Notes: a model not told the origin generated them from the sequence alone. Shown: positions 9,701 through 19,506, counted from the stretch's first letter. The stretch: 64,000 bases of DNA from an uncultured virus (IMG/VR IMGVR_UViG_3300027791_000011) (IMGVR_UViG_3300027791_000011); one strand, 5' to 3'. Numbers and translations: made by a program.

Positions 9701-11267
9701 CATTAGCTAGATCAGGATATGTTTCAGTTTGATTTTCCCAATAACCAAAACCCCTCCTGTTACCAATAGTATAATTAGTTCCAGCGTAAGTGTCAGTAAA
9801 ATAAAATAGACTTTGACTTCCTAAATGTGGTATTTGACTCATCCAAGAGTGGTCATCACCACCTGTTGATTGTGTTTGTGTAGTAACTAGTTCATTTTCA
9901 TACATTCCTCCATTCGCAGTCCAAATTCCATCTACATACCATCTCCACGTGGGCGTAGCTCTCCTGCCTGGTATATGATAAGCAACGCTTTCTGTACCAT
10001 CTTTCATTACCCAAGTAATGTAAAATGCATACACCTCCCCTCTTTTATATCCTTTTAATGTACTAGCATAGCGATTACTTTTTAAAGCAAATCTATCCAT
10101 AGGTATACCAGTGTCATATATTAAGTGCCATATTGACGTCGTTCCAGTATCTGCATTATGATCAGGGTTTACTTGAGCTTTGTGTATTTTTATATGATTT
10201 GCATATTTTTGATACCCAATATCAGTTCTGTTTTTTTCTAAATTTCCCCAATATAATACGTCATCTACTTGCGCAACTGATTTTGCTTTAGTGTAAGCTT
10301 CTTTAGGAACTTGAACAGCACCTATTATTTCTGATGCAGATTGTTCTAATCCTGTAAAGTATACGTATGTTAAACCTCCAACTGCGGTATTAATCTGTAC
10401 TTTATCAAGAGTAATTGCATCTTGAATATTATCTACTACTCTTATAATACAAGGTTGAATAAATTTATAATCTAAATCTAATTCACGCACAGACCATCTA
10501 ATAGCTTTAGATGTTCCTATACCTCCCGCACCTCCATTATATACACCATCACTTAAAAGGTTAGCGCCTCCCCAAGAATTTGTAGGTTCCATTGCAGCAG
10601 ATTCATTCTCATCATTTATATATATAGGATTACCTATCTCTAAATATGAAGTTACAGCCCCATCTTCTGTCATGTATGCGACAGCTAACTGATAAGTCCC
10701 TAGTTTAAGAGCACCTCCATTAGACATTATATTATCTAGTAGTACAATAGGATACGATTTTATTTGAGGAAACAAATTAAAAAGATCTAAATTATATGGA
10801 GATGTAGGAATGTTACTAAGATTCATATATCTTGGAACATTCTTATCATCAGTCCAATATATTGAAACTTCTCCTGTTGAGTTAATTTTATATTCTCCTT
10901 CTATAGGAAACCCACTACTAAAGTTAAACTTCTCTATTGATGCGACGTCGTTTACAAGAGTAGTATACATATGATCTAAACCTATTTTACCTATTTCAGA
11001 AACGCCTGTACCACTAACAGAAAATATAACAAACTTTGTTTGAGAAGCTAAATCATAAACAACTACTGACCCAATAACTTCAAGCGCACTGGGGAGGTCT
11101 ACATAATTTATAGTACCTGCTTCATTTGAAATAGCACCTATATCTCTACCCGTAGTAGCATTTAACGCATACCTGTACGTACCAGGTATTTGATCTATAG
11201 GGTTTAAATCCCTATTGATACCTTGAATAAGTTTTTGTTGCCTTTTACCTTTCTTTTCCTCTGCCAT
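6774..11267 (-). CDS. Tail muzzle / stabilization protein (crAss-like)
   Basis: 1497 aa. Starts GINRD...YRYALNA, has YWTDDKNVPRYMN, YKRGEVYAFYI and WTASYDP...WVSFHSY, and follows ring protein genes. Confidence 0.8.
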   Translation of the reverse strand: MAEEKKGKRQQKLIQGINRDLNPIDQIPGTYRYALNATTGRDIGAISNEAGTINYVDLPSALEVIGSVVVYDLASQTKFVIFSVSGTGVSEIGKIGLDHMYTTLVNDVASIEKFNFSSGFPIEGEYKINSTGEVSIYWTDDKNVPRYMNLSNIPTSPYNLDLFNLFPQIKSYPIVLLDNIMSNGGALKLGTYQLAVAYMTEDGAVTSYLEIGNPIYINDENESAAMEPTNSWGGANLLSDGVYNGGAGGIGTSKAIRWSVRELDLDYKFIQPCIIRVVDNIQDAITLDKVQINTAVGGLTYVYFTGLEQSASEIIGAVQVPKEAYTKAKSVAQVDDVLYWGNLEKNRTDIGYQKYANHIKIHKAQVNPDHNADTGTTSIWHLIYDTGIPMDRFALKSNRYASTLKGYKRGEVYAFYITWVMKDGTESVAYHIPGRRATPTWRWYVDGIWTANGGMYENELVTTQTQSTGGDDHSWMSQIPHLGSQSLFYFTDTYAGTNYTIGNRRGFGYWENQTETYPDLANDVDIDGNYAGNFEEWKVDTFGNGNQVPGSIDLHGEKVRHHHFPTNAAFAESGFMGNSVDFNTQQLQTVNPLGIRINDVPIPAEVIELCVAYKIYYLEKTTNEKVCVDYAPIQGGRENGGKHFDNFGSAWLAFPHQWLDDQYIAGPTGGLSEVPTPFFTALPLDSMLSGDTIDSIDWVQFEDTEYAINGDGFSIWQQSSDGVTFGNRQNETHLSYDFCKHNLWGVGNMKRTFALRAKTRVPGGSIMQPSGFTNPVDNENGTECIAFEMYDSWGFDNWYHNNGSVQDIYRDSASSTNEINKVAVYYHSHANFHSFKLNVHLGFNNQTQFVYTGYAQNIIDPGGGLGYMHNPNSTGDWFGEGDICMGGDTYIGYYSYDRYRKSTRYTTYPAGGSTQYHQHILGGGAPMSHDEMFSPSSVMLINNSKIWDYAVYVFMTESRHNPYMRHTDSDDTAYYPSYPASHSLLMDHEAPTKKLATYNLDFNKLNMTRIVQAFDKDEPLQSFTDFPTRIIRSIKYNQSGLRDNFRVYLPEDYRDLPRHRGELWKVKSWNNVVVPHMERAMYLTKGKETLQVSDASEAFLGTGDLFEKDPAEILLTDRGYGGSGSQWGAVSSEFGYFFADKDAGKIFLMGEKLEEISSHGLKHFFAEHLQTGKELTQYGLPYNYDNPIKRIGIIATYDPSLKRFILTKKDLKPNPNSDWSTVSYDPETRWFSDSGAQVTLEHFLRHKEWTASYDPQSKAWVSFHSYKPVHYLAGLKRFYSVEGRSYNFKVPQHELGNNLWEHQPPVENLIYQTPGRFYNTNYGFMVDYIDNEGPELTKTYKSITWVATHIDVISGSYMDLPFNPPVSSFQVYNSRQLSAVIPYAEGVNGRKTERSWYFNGFRDDVDYSVLNNPPSNEPMVNNYVDPGSWPDTSSIGAGFAEDWLPGFNTDYLSATKQWHERGKFTDKWLGIRYYYSNIQNNFVSLYSVDAYKKISYR
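6813..6820 (-). promoter_or_regulatory. Possible Bacteroidota -7 promoter element (TATCTTTG) inside the muzzle 3' end, upstream of the cargo genes
   Basis: Exact TAnnTTTG about 40 nt before the ATG at 6774; no clear -33 element. Confidence 0.4.
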
Positions 11268-11268
11268 A

Positions 11269-12141
11269 TTAGTCTCTTGCTAAGTCTTCTCGTTTATTTA
11301 TGTCTCTAAAGTTATTGTCAAATCTATTCATATTAGGAACTAATCTAACCCATTGATTTAAGAAAGATTCATATCCTGCAATATCAGGGAAATTAGCATT
11401 ATTTCTAGCTTGTGTGCAATAGTACTTCCATTGCTCTTCAGCAACTTGATATGTCATGCCATTATGATTAGGCGCGTACCCCCCTAATAATAGTTTTTTA
11501 TATATATACCAAAACAAAGCTTCTGAAAAACTAATGTCATCTGGTATTAAAGGATAGCAATCTTCGTCTAAAGGAAAAGCTGTGTAGCTTAAACATAACT
11601 TCCCATCTTTAAAAGATGTTTTAATTAAATTATTTTCTATTACATAAGATTCTGAAAAATCAGAAAATTCATTATCACATCCTAAAGAGTGTATATCTTT
11701 TCTAAATGTAGGTCTTCCATATGATAAAGTTTTAAGATTACTAGAATTTGTATCAGCAAAATATATCCCACTAAGAATTGCTACTTGATTATTTAAATCT
11801 CTTAACTCGTGATTTAAATCTTGATTAGGGTTAACAGCTAATTTGTCATTAAGTACTTTTATTTTAGCAAGTACAGAATCAAGTTCAGTTGTTGTATTAG
11901 AAGATATACCAACATTAATAGAAACTTGATTTACATAATATAAGTCAGCTGGCATAGCAACTTTATAATCCGTCACTGTTAAAATTGTATTCTTCGTAAC
12001 TAGTTGAGGACTTGCTCCTATATGCTCTAAAGCTTCACCTATCCACTCAACAGCATCATCAGTCCAATTATCATTAGTAGGTTTTAAATCTCTAAATACT
12101 TTTCTAATTATTGATTGAGAAGACTTATTTTTATAAATCAT
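11269..12141 (-). CDS. Tail ring (tubular) protein
   Basis: DAVEWIGEALEHIG and YTAFPLDEDCYPLIPDD..EALFWYI motifs; immediately upstream of the muzzle gene. Confidence 0.7.
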   Translation of the reverse strand: MIYKNKSSQSIIRKVFRDLKPTNDNWTDDAVEWIGEALEHIGASPQLVTKNTILTVTDYKVAMPADLYYVNQVSINVGISSNTTTELDSVLAKIKVLNDKLAVNPNQDLNHELRDLNNQVAILSGIYFADTNSSNLKTLSYGRPTFRKDIHSLGCDNEFSDFSESYVIENNLIKTSFKDGKLCLSYTAFPLDEDCYPLIPDDISFSEALFWYIYKKLLLGGYAPNHNGMTYQVAEEQWKYYCTQARNNANFPDIAGYESFLNQWVRLVPNMNRFDNNFRDINKREDLARD

Positions 12142-12143
12142 AT

Positions 12144-12620
12144 TTAATTCTTTTTAAATGTTAAATAAGCTAAATCATCTTGCTTAAGTAAAGTTGTTAA
12201 TTTTTCTTTATTACCTTTAACTCCTCTAGTGGGCACAAACTTATATACAGATTTGTTAGGTATTTTACATTTACCTTTATGCCAAGCATATCTATAAAAA
12301 TCTTTATCTGTATAATATATATACCATTTAGTTCCCTCCTTAGTTTTATTGTCATATAATTTAACACCTTTTTTTAAAAGCTCTTTCTTATACGTATTAG
12401 ACTCACCCCAATCTATAGTAGGTTTAGAGTTATTTCTTTCAACTCTTTTAATACTTATAGATGACAAGTTGTTACCTAAGTTAACTTTGTTTCCTTTTAA
12501 TATATACTCAATAACTTTAATATTAAATTCAGAGCATATAGACCTAAACAACTGATTGTCAATCGGCTCACTTTTCTGAGCTTTATAGTCTTTATATATG
12601 TCATCTAATAAATAATTCAT
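12144..12620 (-). CDS. IHF/HU-like protein of the crAss tail module
   Basis: Basic 158-aa protein with IDWGES and YKFVPTR motifs, located between ring genes as in crAss-like phages. Confidence 0.6.
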   Translation of the reverse strand: MNYLLDDIYKDYKAQKSEPIDNQLFRSICSEFNIKVIEYILKGNKVNLGNNLSSISIKRVERNNSKPTIDWGESNTYKKELLKKGVKLYDNKTKEGTKWYIYYTDKDFYRYAWHKGKCKIPNKSVYKFVPTRGVKGNKEKLTTLLKQDDLAYLTFKKN

Positions 12621-13321
12621 TATTGTTTTCCGCTAGATTGTGGTGGTATTTGACCTGGACTATCTTGTGCAGCATCATTTGTAGTGTCACTATTTGTCGT
12701 GACAAGCATTTTCATCTCTCCATTAAGTATTCCAGCAGTTAACATTTGAAGCATATCCATTGGTAAAGGGTATTCTGAGTTATCATCATAACACACTTCT
12801 CCCTCACAACTACTATATATATTTAATTTTTCAGGATCTTCAAAAATACCCCTTACATTAATCATACCATCTGCATCTGCGTTATACAAATAAAGATAAT
12901 TTTCTAAAATATATACTTTCTTTTTATCATGAGTATATTTATCCCACGGTAAAAATTGAACCATGTGAGGTTCTACTATTTGATAACTTCTTAACCCCGT
13001 TATATCTCCTGCATATGTAATTGCGTCATTGAAATTTAGCCTCACAAATTTAGGTAGGGGCATTTTAGTTCTGAATACATCACAACTAGTTTTGAGATTG
13101 CAACATTTAGAAGCATCTATCTTTTCTAATTCTAAACACTTTAAGTCTTGTTCAACTCCATTAGAAACAAATCCGTGTTTAGCCATGTCTCTTCTAATCA
13201 TCATAGCTCTATAATACTTTATAGTAAATTTAACTTGATCTAAAGAAATGTGGTCATTGTGATTTGACCTGCCTCCTCGATAAGTATTTAAAATATTGTA
13301 TGCAATCTCATTTAATGTCAT
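12620..13321 (-). CDS. Tail ring protein
   Basis: MTLNEIAYNI...YRAMMIRRD, VRGIFEDP and YPLP motifs, plus synteny. Confidence 0.65.
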   Translation of the reverse strand: MTLNEIAYNILNTYRGGRSNHNDHISLDQVKFTIKYYRAMMIRRDMAKHGFVSNGVEQDLKCLELEKIDASKCCNLKTSCDVFRTKMPLPKFVRLNFNDAITYAGDITGLRSYQIVEPHMVQFLPWDKYTHDKKKVYILENYLYLYNADADGMINVRGIFEDPEKLNIYSSCEGEVCYDDNSEYPLPMDMLQMLTAGILNGEMKMLVTTNSDTTNDAAQDSPGQIPPQSSGKQ

Positions 13322-13326
13322 AATTT

Positions 13327-14457
13327 TTAAACGTTAGTTTGTAAATATCCTTCGTATCCTCGTAGTTTATTCCAAATATGTGCTTGTCCCGTACGTTTAG
13401 CTTCGTACCCCATCATTTTATGCCATTCATCATTACCACAAATAGAAGGAATAAATCTAACTTTAATCCCTCTGTACTCATTAACCATCTCTTTATGCAA
13501 GTGACCACAATGAACTTCCCTGTGAGTAGTTTGCGCAAACATTTCAGGTTGCTCTGTAGCCATAATTAATGGCATCTCTGCTTTTTTCTCTTTGTCTCCG
13601 TGTGTAAACATAATCATATTTGTTCCGTATTTATAATATTTTCTAGAGTCATAGTTATTATCTATTGTAACTCCTTCATCATTTATATAAAAAGCTCTTA
13701 AGAACTCTCCTGAATAAAACATTCTTTCATAGTCATGATTACCTTGTATAACAATCACATCTACAGGAGCTGTTTTGGCTAAAAAGTTTATTGCTCGTAC
13801 CATTAAATTACAATACCCAATGAACGTTTCTTGCCATCCCGCGGAGTCGTGTTGAGATGTTCCTTTAGTAGTAGCTCTCGAATACCCTTCTGAATTCATA
13901 CCGTCATTACCTATAGGTAAAAGAATTCTTTCTATCTTTAAGCCTGATGCTTTATTCATAAGATCTTTTATAGTATCCATATAAACATTTTCAGCTTGAT
14001 CTAAAGTTTGACCATCTAGTTTGCCATAATGTATATCTGGTAAAGATATCTCATACACTATAGGGTCTTCTACCGCCTCATACTTTCTCTCAACTTTAGG
14101 ACTATACTTTTTAAGAGCTTCTAGAATTTCTTCTTTAACTTCTTTCATTATATTATCCTCTCCTTTTGTAACTACAGAAAATCTATTATCTCCTTTAATT
14201 GTCTGCCAAAACTTTACAGACTTAACATCATCTTCTGCTATCCCGTTACTGTCTAAGAACTCTTTGAACTCATTGATTTCAGACTTACTTATATTATCTA
14301 AATCAAAGTCGTTTCCTTTTGCTTCTATCCTACCTTCTCTTAGTGCGTGCCCACATGCTTCAACACTGCAGTCTAAGCGTTCAGAAAGACGTTCAGCACC
14401 TTCTTTAAGGTAGCCAGGCCTGTCTTTCAAAAAGGCCTTGATTTCATCTTTTGTCAT
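13327..14457 (-). CDS. Calcineurin-like metallophosphoesterase
   Basis: All five motifs are present: DIHYG, GND, GNHD, HGD and GHLH. Confidence 0.85.
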   Translation of the reverse strand: MTKDEIKAFLKDRPGYLKEGAERLSERLDCSVEACGHALREGRIEAKGNDFDLDNISKSEINEFKEFLDSNGIAEDDVKSVKFWQTIKGDNRFSVVTKGEDNIMKEVKEEILEALKKYSPKVERKYEAVEDPIVYEISLPDIHYGKLDGQTLDQAENVYMDTIKDLMNKASGLKIERILLPIGNDGMNSEGYSRATTKGTSQHDSAGWQETFIGYCNLMVRAINFLAKTAPVDVIVIQGNHDYERMFYSGEFLRAFYINDEGVTIDNNYDSRKYYKYGTNMIMFTHGDKEKKAEMPLIMATEQPEMFAQTTHREVHCGHLHKEMVNEYRGIKVRFIPSICGNDEWHKMMGYEAKRTGQAHIWNKLRGYEGYLQTNV

Positions 14458-14476
14458 ATATATATTTAGTTAGTTA

Positions 14477-14869
14477 CTACTTTTTGGCTTTTTCAAGTGA
14501 GCGACCACCAAAGTATGCACCAATCACAGTTATCAATACTAATTGTAATAGGTCTGTCCATTTTGCTTCGACGACAAAGTTAATAACTCCTGCGTCAATA
14601 AAGATTAATAATACAGTACTTATCACTAAAAATATTAACACTAATGGTCTAACATTTTTACTCAACCAAGAATCAGACTTCATATCTGCTGACCATCTTG
14701 AAGAAATTTCCTTCTCCATGTTAGTCTCATAGTTAGCTATTAACTCTTTTATTTTTAATTCAGCGGCCAGTTTTTCTTCTTTTGAGGTGTGTAAGTTGTC
14801 TATAACTCCACCAACACTCTTCACTAATTCACCTGCTCCTGCTGAAAATATTTTTCCTAATATACTCAT
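14477..14869 (-). CDS. Holin, 3TM (GTA_holin_3TM-like)
   Basis: SDSWLSKNVRP, two hydrophobic helices and YFGGRSLEK. Confidence 0.85.
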   Translation of the reverse strand: MSILGKIFSAGAGELVKSVGGVIDNLHTSKEEKLAAELKIKELIANYETNMEKEISSRWSADMKSDSWLSKNVRPLVLIFLVISTVLLIFIDAGVINFVVEAKWTDLLQLVLITVIGAYFGGRSLEKAKK

Positions 14870-14886
14870 GTTATTTTATTTAATTG

Positions 14887-16059
14887 TTATTCACAAGGAT
14901 CTGATTTATGCTGACATCGGCCTATTTCACTACACCAATAATAATCTGTTTCACACTCTTGTTCTTCTTTTAATGTTTCTTTATCACTAATAACTTTTTC
15001 TTCTCTTTGTACTTTTTCAGTTGCTTCATATCCATCGTTATATGTAACTATCTCTGAGTACTGCTCATCAAGAATAGTATCTTCTGTATACGCTTCTTCC
15101 TCTTTAATTACTTCTGGACTTAGTACTGGAGTTATGTTTGCTAGTTCTGGCTTCTTAAGTATTTCCGCTGCTAGTTTTTTCCTTTCTTTATTTTCAATTA
15201 TTAATAGTTCTTGGTTTATTAAATACCCTTCTATCATAGACGTTACATCTACAGTACCACCCACAGTTTCAATACTTATATTTATATCAGTCCCAGCAGG
15301 AAATAGATAAGGCGCATCAAAACTTAAAGCTGGTTCATTTTGAGACTCAAACGTATTTGGTATTCTACCTTTATACACAATTTGTAGCGCTCCTTGTACT
15401 CCAGCTTTCAAACTCCAGTTACATATTTGCAACACATCTGTATGTAGCTTAATACTATTTATGTACAAGCTGTGTGCCCTAGGCACTGTATAATGAGAAC
15501 TTAACATTTTTCCTTCTTCTGCTAGAATCTTAGCGTAAATATACTGAGTAGCTATTGGAACTCCTGAAGAAACAAAATCATTTATATCTATTATATTATA
15601 TTGTCTAACACCGTCTAAAGCTGTAACATAAATATCTCCTTGATTTTTTAACAACCTTCCAGCTGTACATACTTTTATGTCATTTATTCTCCTATAATGA
15701 TTAACTAATTTTATAGGAGTTTGCCCAGACAATCTAACTTTTTCTGTGCTAATACCATAAGAAGATGTAAGTCCTGTAATTCTAACTTCTATAGCTCCTT
15801 TGTCTCCATGCCTATCTTCAACTACTTCTTCTCTCTCATCATAATCTCCATAGCCTGTATCAAGAATACTGGAACTAGATATAAAATATATCCTAGTGTA
15901 TACACTATCATTAGTTAAAACCCTAGGCACGCTAATAGGAAACGTATAGTCCCCATTACCATTAAGACCTAATCCACTACAAACATTTTCAGGGTCTGTA
16001 CTAGTTGTTATCTCCGGATTATATCCAATCCTACAAAATTTAGTTTTATACACTGCCAT
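14887..16059 (-). CDS. Hypothetical phage protein with acidic C-terminal tail
   Basis: Beta-rich core (ITGL..Y..E.V.L.G, YTVP) seen in phage structural-region proteins; function not assignable. Confidence 0.5.
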   Translation of the reverse strand: MAVYKTKFCRIGYNPEITTSTDPENVCSGLGLNGNGDYTFPISVPRVLTNDSVYTRIYFISSSSILDTGYGDYDEREEVVEDRHGDKGAIEVRITGLTSSYGISTEKVRLSGQTPIKLVNHYRRINDIKVCTAGRLLKNQGDIYVTALDGVRQYNIIDINDFVSSGVPIATQYIYAKILAEEGKMLSSHYTVPRAHSLYINSIKLHTDVLQICNWSLKAGVQGALQIVYKGRIPNTFESQNEPALSFDAPYLFPAGTDINISIETVGGTVDVTSMIEGYLINQELLIIENKERKKLAAEILKKPELANITPVLSPEVIKEEEAYTEDTILDEQYSEIVTYNDGYEATEKVQREEKVISDKETLKEEQECETDYYWCSEIGRCQHKSDPCE

Positions 16060-16062
16060 ATA

Positions 16063-16530
16063 TTACATGCTTCTATGTTCGTAAATAGTTCTACCGTTCT
16101 TCTTTAGTGCTACTGTTAGCTTCTTTCTATTTGGACGATGAGTTACATAACTTACATGTATCCAATTAGGATTATTATCATCACCAAACTCCCATATAAG
16201 CTGATCAAAAATTAAATTGTCTTTTATATAATGATACATTTCAGCATTTGTTTTATATTTAAACGTATCATCTAAATCTAAAGCTTGACCTTTCATATGT
16301 TGAGAATTCTTAGATCCACCTATTGCTGTATTAACAGGTTCTCCTCTAAACATACTAGTAATTTTTATTGGACCTCCCACCCATTCTCTCAATGGTTCAA
16401 ACAAGTGTTCAGCTATTTCATGCATGCACTTCAATTGCTCTGGCCCAGGTGTGTTATCTAAACCTCTTCTTAGAGCAGTATTACTGTGCATACCTTCTTT
16501 GTAACTTATATGTGGACTTATCTTTTTCAT
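16063..16530 (-). CDS. Peptidase M15A endolysin (Zn D-Ala-D-Ala peptidase fold)
   Basis: SQHMKGQALD, FDQLIWEF and WIHVSY motifs. Start reassigned to ATG 16530 (MKKISPHISY); the track start at 16632 overlaps the upstream gene. Confidence 0.85.
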   Translation of the reverse strand: MKKISPHISYKEGMHSNTALRRGLDNTPGPEQLKCMHEIAEHLFEPLREWVGGPIKITSMFRGEPVNTAIGGSKNSQHMKGQALDLDDTFKYKTNAEMYHYIKDNLIFDQLIWEFGDDNNPNWIHVSYVTHRPNRKKLTVALKKNGRTIYEHRSM

Positions 16531-16534
16531 ACCT

Positions 16535-16900
16535 CTATGAGAATATACCATACTCCACAATAGTATTTGCAGTTTGTGCGTGTACTTTAATATCTGCTGC
16601 AGTAGACCAAGGCAACCATGCCCACTCTCCACCTTGTATGATCAAATGATCACCAGTTGAAAAAGTTACATATAAGTAGTTACCAGCTGTAGTGTCGCAG
16701 TTTCTTAAATATACATATGTACCTGTAGAATATTCACCGTTAACTGCAAGTACTGTTGCTGCGCCCGCAGACGTGCCTGCAATATCTTTTCTTTGTACAC
16801 CACCTTCAGTAACAGTTAAAGAGTTAGTTGTCTCTGAAGACAAACTATCTGTAGTTAAATCAGTAGATGTTAAAATTAATTTTGCTTTTAATGTTGCCAT
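16535..16900 (-). CDS. Small beta-rich putative virion protein (paralog of 16936..17319)
   Basis: MATLKAKLILTSTDLTTDSLS...YVYLRN...GEWAWLPW...VEYGIF. Confidence 0.6.
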   Translation of the reverse strand: MATLKAKLILTSTDLTTDSLSSETTNSLTVTEGGVQRKDIAGTSAGAATVLAVNGEYSTGTYVYLRNCDTTAGNYLYVTFSTGDHLIIQGGEWAWLPWSTAADIKVHAQTANTIVEYGIFS

Positions 16901-16935
16901 TTTTATTTATTTTTAATTGTTAATAATTATTTTTA

Positions 16936-17319
16936 CTACGCTTCAAATATTGCATACTCTATTATAGGTGTTCCTGATGCTGCATCTACCCAAAGATAAT
17001 CGTTTTCTCCATAAGGAAAGAACATCCATTCGTTTGGACCTAACACTGCAAATGCTGACCCAACAGAACCACTACTGTCTTCTTTTATTACTATTTTTTC
17101 TGCTGCGTCAGTACTTAAATTTTTAAGATAAACATATGCTTTCTTGTCTGTAGAGTCCAAAACACCTACTGGTATCTTAGAATCTGTTGTGCTTGTTGTG
17201 TATCTTCCTATTGCTTGCTCATCTCCAGTTGCTAGTAAGCTTGCTGTCTGATTGATACTTAAGGAATCTGTATGCCAGTCTGTGCTGGTTAACGTTAATC
17301 TTGCTGATAATTTTGCCAT
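16936..17319 (-). CDS. Small beta-rich putative virion protein (paralog of 16535..16900)
   Basis: MAKLSARLTLTSTDWHTDSLS...YVYLKN...NEWMFFPY...IEYAIF. Confidence 0.6.
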   Translation of the reverse strand: MAKLSARLTLTSTDWHTDSLSINQTASLLATGDEQAIGRYTTSTTDSKIPVGVLDSTDKKAYVYLKNLSTDAAEKIVIKEDSSGSVGSAFAVLGPNEWMFFPYGENDYLWVDAASGTPIIEYAIFEA

Positions 17320-17333
17320 AATTTCTATTTTTA

Positions 17334-19505
17334 TTATTTGTTATTAATTTTTACTTGTCTAGTCACACTTCCATCATCATATATATATAATATAATTTGA
17401 TTCTTAATATCAACTACAGGCCTACCTAATAAATCTGTAGTCATTATTAAATTTTTATTTTCTGCTCGTTTAGGTAACGAAGTGATCCAATTACTTGAGC
17501 AATGTTCATATGTTAATTGACAGATATTGTCCCATTCATTAGCACAGCAATACTCATCTACTTCTATAGTCCAAGCGTAGCAGGCGTCATTTAACCAATA
17601 AGGTAAACCAGGACCAGTAATACAACCAGCATCATAGAGACAGCTAAGACTGTCAGACGTATTAGCAATTGGATTAAAGTTATAGGCTCCTTGGTCCATA
17701 CAACCTTGAACCACAGATATACATGAATTATTTTCAGTATTAGCCAGCGAATCATAGTTAATAGCAGTACTGTCAGTACAACCATAAATGTAAGCGATAC
17801 AACTAAAGTCTTCTGTATTAGCTGTTGGATTGTAATTAAGGGCACTTGGATCAGTGCAACCATAAGTAAAAGTAACGCAAGTATTATTATCGACATTGGC
17901 TAAGGGATTAAAATTAAACATTATACTATCAGTACATCCATATATAGGAAGCACACAACTAAAATCATCTGTATTACAGCTATCACAGAAGTTTAAGGCT
18001 ATTGGATTTGTACACCCTAACAGTACTCCTATACATGTAGAGTTATCTGTATTTGCTAATGGGTCGTAATTAAATGCTGCTGTGTCCATACACCCATAAA
18101 GATAAGGTATGCATGAATTATTATCTGTGTTGGCCGTTGGGTCATAATTAAATTGAGACGCATCCATACATCCAAGTATAACTGGAAGACAAGAGGTATC
18201 CTCAACATTAGCTAAAACATTATAATTAAATGCTAAAGGGTCTGTGCATCCATAAACAACTCCAATACAACTACCATCATCAGTATTTGCTAGTGAGTCG
18301 TAATTAAATGCTAATTGGCTCATACAACCATATATTATAGCAATACAAGTATCTGGAACATTAGCGTTAGGATTGTAGTTAAATGCTAAAGGCTGCATAC
18401 ACCCTGTTACAATTGCTATACATGAGCCAGTAAGCTCTGTGTTAGCTAAAGGATTGTAGTTAAGCGCTAGCGGATTCATACATCCTAAAATAACTAAAGT
18501 ACTACAAGATCCATTATCATAATCATAATTAGCGCTGTATTCTAAATAAACAGGATTTGTACACCCTGGATTGTAATAGCAACTAACATCATCTGTGTTT
18601 GCTAAACTATCATAGTTAATAGCTGTTGGGTATGTACATCCAAATATCTTTTCAATACATAAATTACCACAATAAGTTGATGTTTTATATTTAAACAAAG
18701 GCTGTATAAAAGGAGCTAATACTTCTATCATTATATCTCCTAAAGGATTTGTTAATTTAAATCCACAATGAGAAGCTGTTAAAGAAGCTTGTTGTGAAAT
18801 GTAAAACTTAAACTCGACCTCCATTGGTGAGTTTAGATTTATTATAAAGTCTTGTGTATATAAAGCAGTATCTATAGTATAGTACCACGTATTAGTATCT
18901 TGTTTGACTTCTAAGTACGATGATTGCCATCCATCGCCTATCAGATCATTGAGTGTTAGTATATAATCACAATTAGGTATCAATGCCATTGTATTAGCTA
19001 CTGGGTCATAGTTATACATACTATCGTCTACACATCCAAATACTTTTAAAGTATTACATGAACCGTCGTCTGTATCAGCTAAAGGGTTAAACTCTACATA
19101 CATGTGATCCATGCAGCCCATGACGGGTGGGCAAGCATCAGATACAAAAAAGTGCATTGAATCATTACCAAAAGCAGGATCTGTACCAAACACAAGAGTG
19201 TCATTACATTGTTTAACATAATAAGATCCATCTAAACCGCCCCACATAGCCCCATTTAATCCATCACCATAACTATCATATATTGTAAATACTAAATTAC
19301 CTTCTGGCAACATAACAGGTATTACCATAGACTGATAATTAACAGCACTATAATAAGGTCCATCAGAAGCAACTATAGTTCCAGTCGTATCTTTTATATC
19401 CCAAGATGTTTCTGACATATATTGATCTAAATAAATATGTACAGACGATGGAACTTGTCCAAATACAGTAAGTGGTAATAATAGTAATACTAGTAGTTTC
19501 TTCAT
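17334..19505 (-). CDS. Secreted Cys-repeat protein (about 15 GCxDxxAxNYxxxANxDDxSC repeats) with flavobacterial-type C-terminal sorting-like domain
   Basis: Sec signal MKKLLVLLLLPLTVFG (likely start 19505; track start 19517), ~26-aa repeats, and C-terminal DLLGR...LYIYDDGSV. Confidence 0.8.
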   Translation of the reverse strand: MKKLLVLLLLPLTVFGQVPSSVHIYLDQYMSETSWDIKDTTGTIVASDGPYYSAVNYQSMVIPVMLPEGNLVFTIYDSYGDGLNGAMWGGLDGSYYVKQCNDTLVFGTDPAFGNDSMHFFVSDACPPVMGCMDHMYVEFNPLADTDDGSCNTLKVFGCVDDSMYNYDPVANTMALIPNCDYILTLNDLIGDGWQSSYLEVKQDTNTWYYTIDTALYTQDFIINLNSPMEVEFKFYISQQASLTASHCGFKLTNPLGDIMIEVLAPFIQPLFKYKTSTYCGNLCIEKIFGCTYPTAINYDSLANTDDVSCYYNPGCTNPVYLEYSANYDYDNGSCSTLVILGCMNPLALNYNPLANTELTGSCIAIVTGCMQPLAFNYNPNANVPDTCIAIIYGCMSQLAFNYDSLANTDDGSCIGVVYGCTDPLAFNYNVLANVEDTSCLPVILGCMDASQFNYDPTANTDNNSCIPYLYGCMDTAAFNYDPLANTDNSTCIGVLLGCTNPIALNFCDSCNTDDFSCVLPIYGCTDSIMFNFNPLANVDNNTCVTFTYGCTDPSALNYNPTANTEDFSCIAYIYGCTDSTAINYDSLANTENNSCISVVQGCMDQGAYNFNPIANTSDSLSCLYDAGCITGPGLPYWLNDACYAWTIEVDEYCCANEWDNICQLTYEHCSSNWITSLPKRAENKNLIMTTDLLGRPVVDIKNQIILYIYDDGSVTRQVKINNK

Positions 19506-19506
19506 T

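Noticed and set aside
16531..16632. N-terminal extension (SAR-like) on the endolysin
   Set aside because: It overlaps the upstream gene in another frame; ATG 16530 gives a normal M15 start.
17600..18650. CRISPR array or DGR repeats suggested by ~78-nt periodicity
   Set aside because: The repeats are degenerate, in frame and conserved at protein level. No identical DNA repeats, adenine-specific variation or reverse transcriptase are visible.
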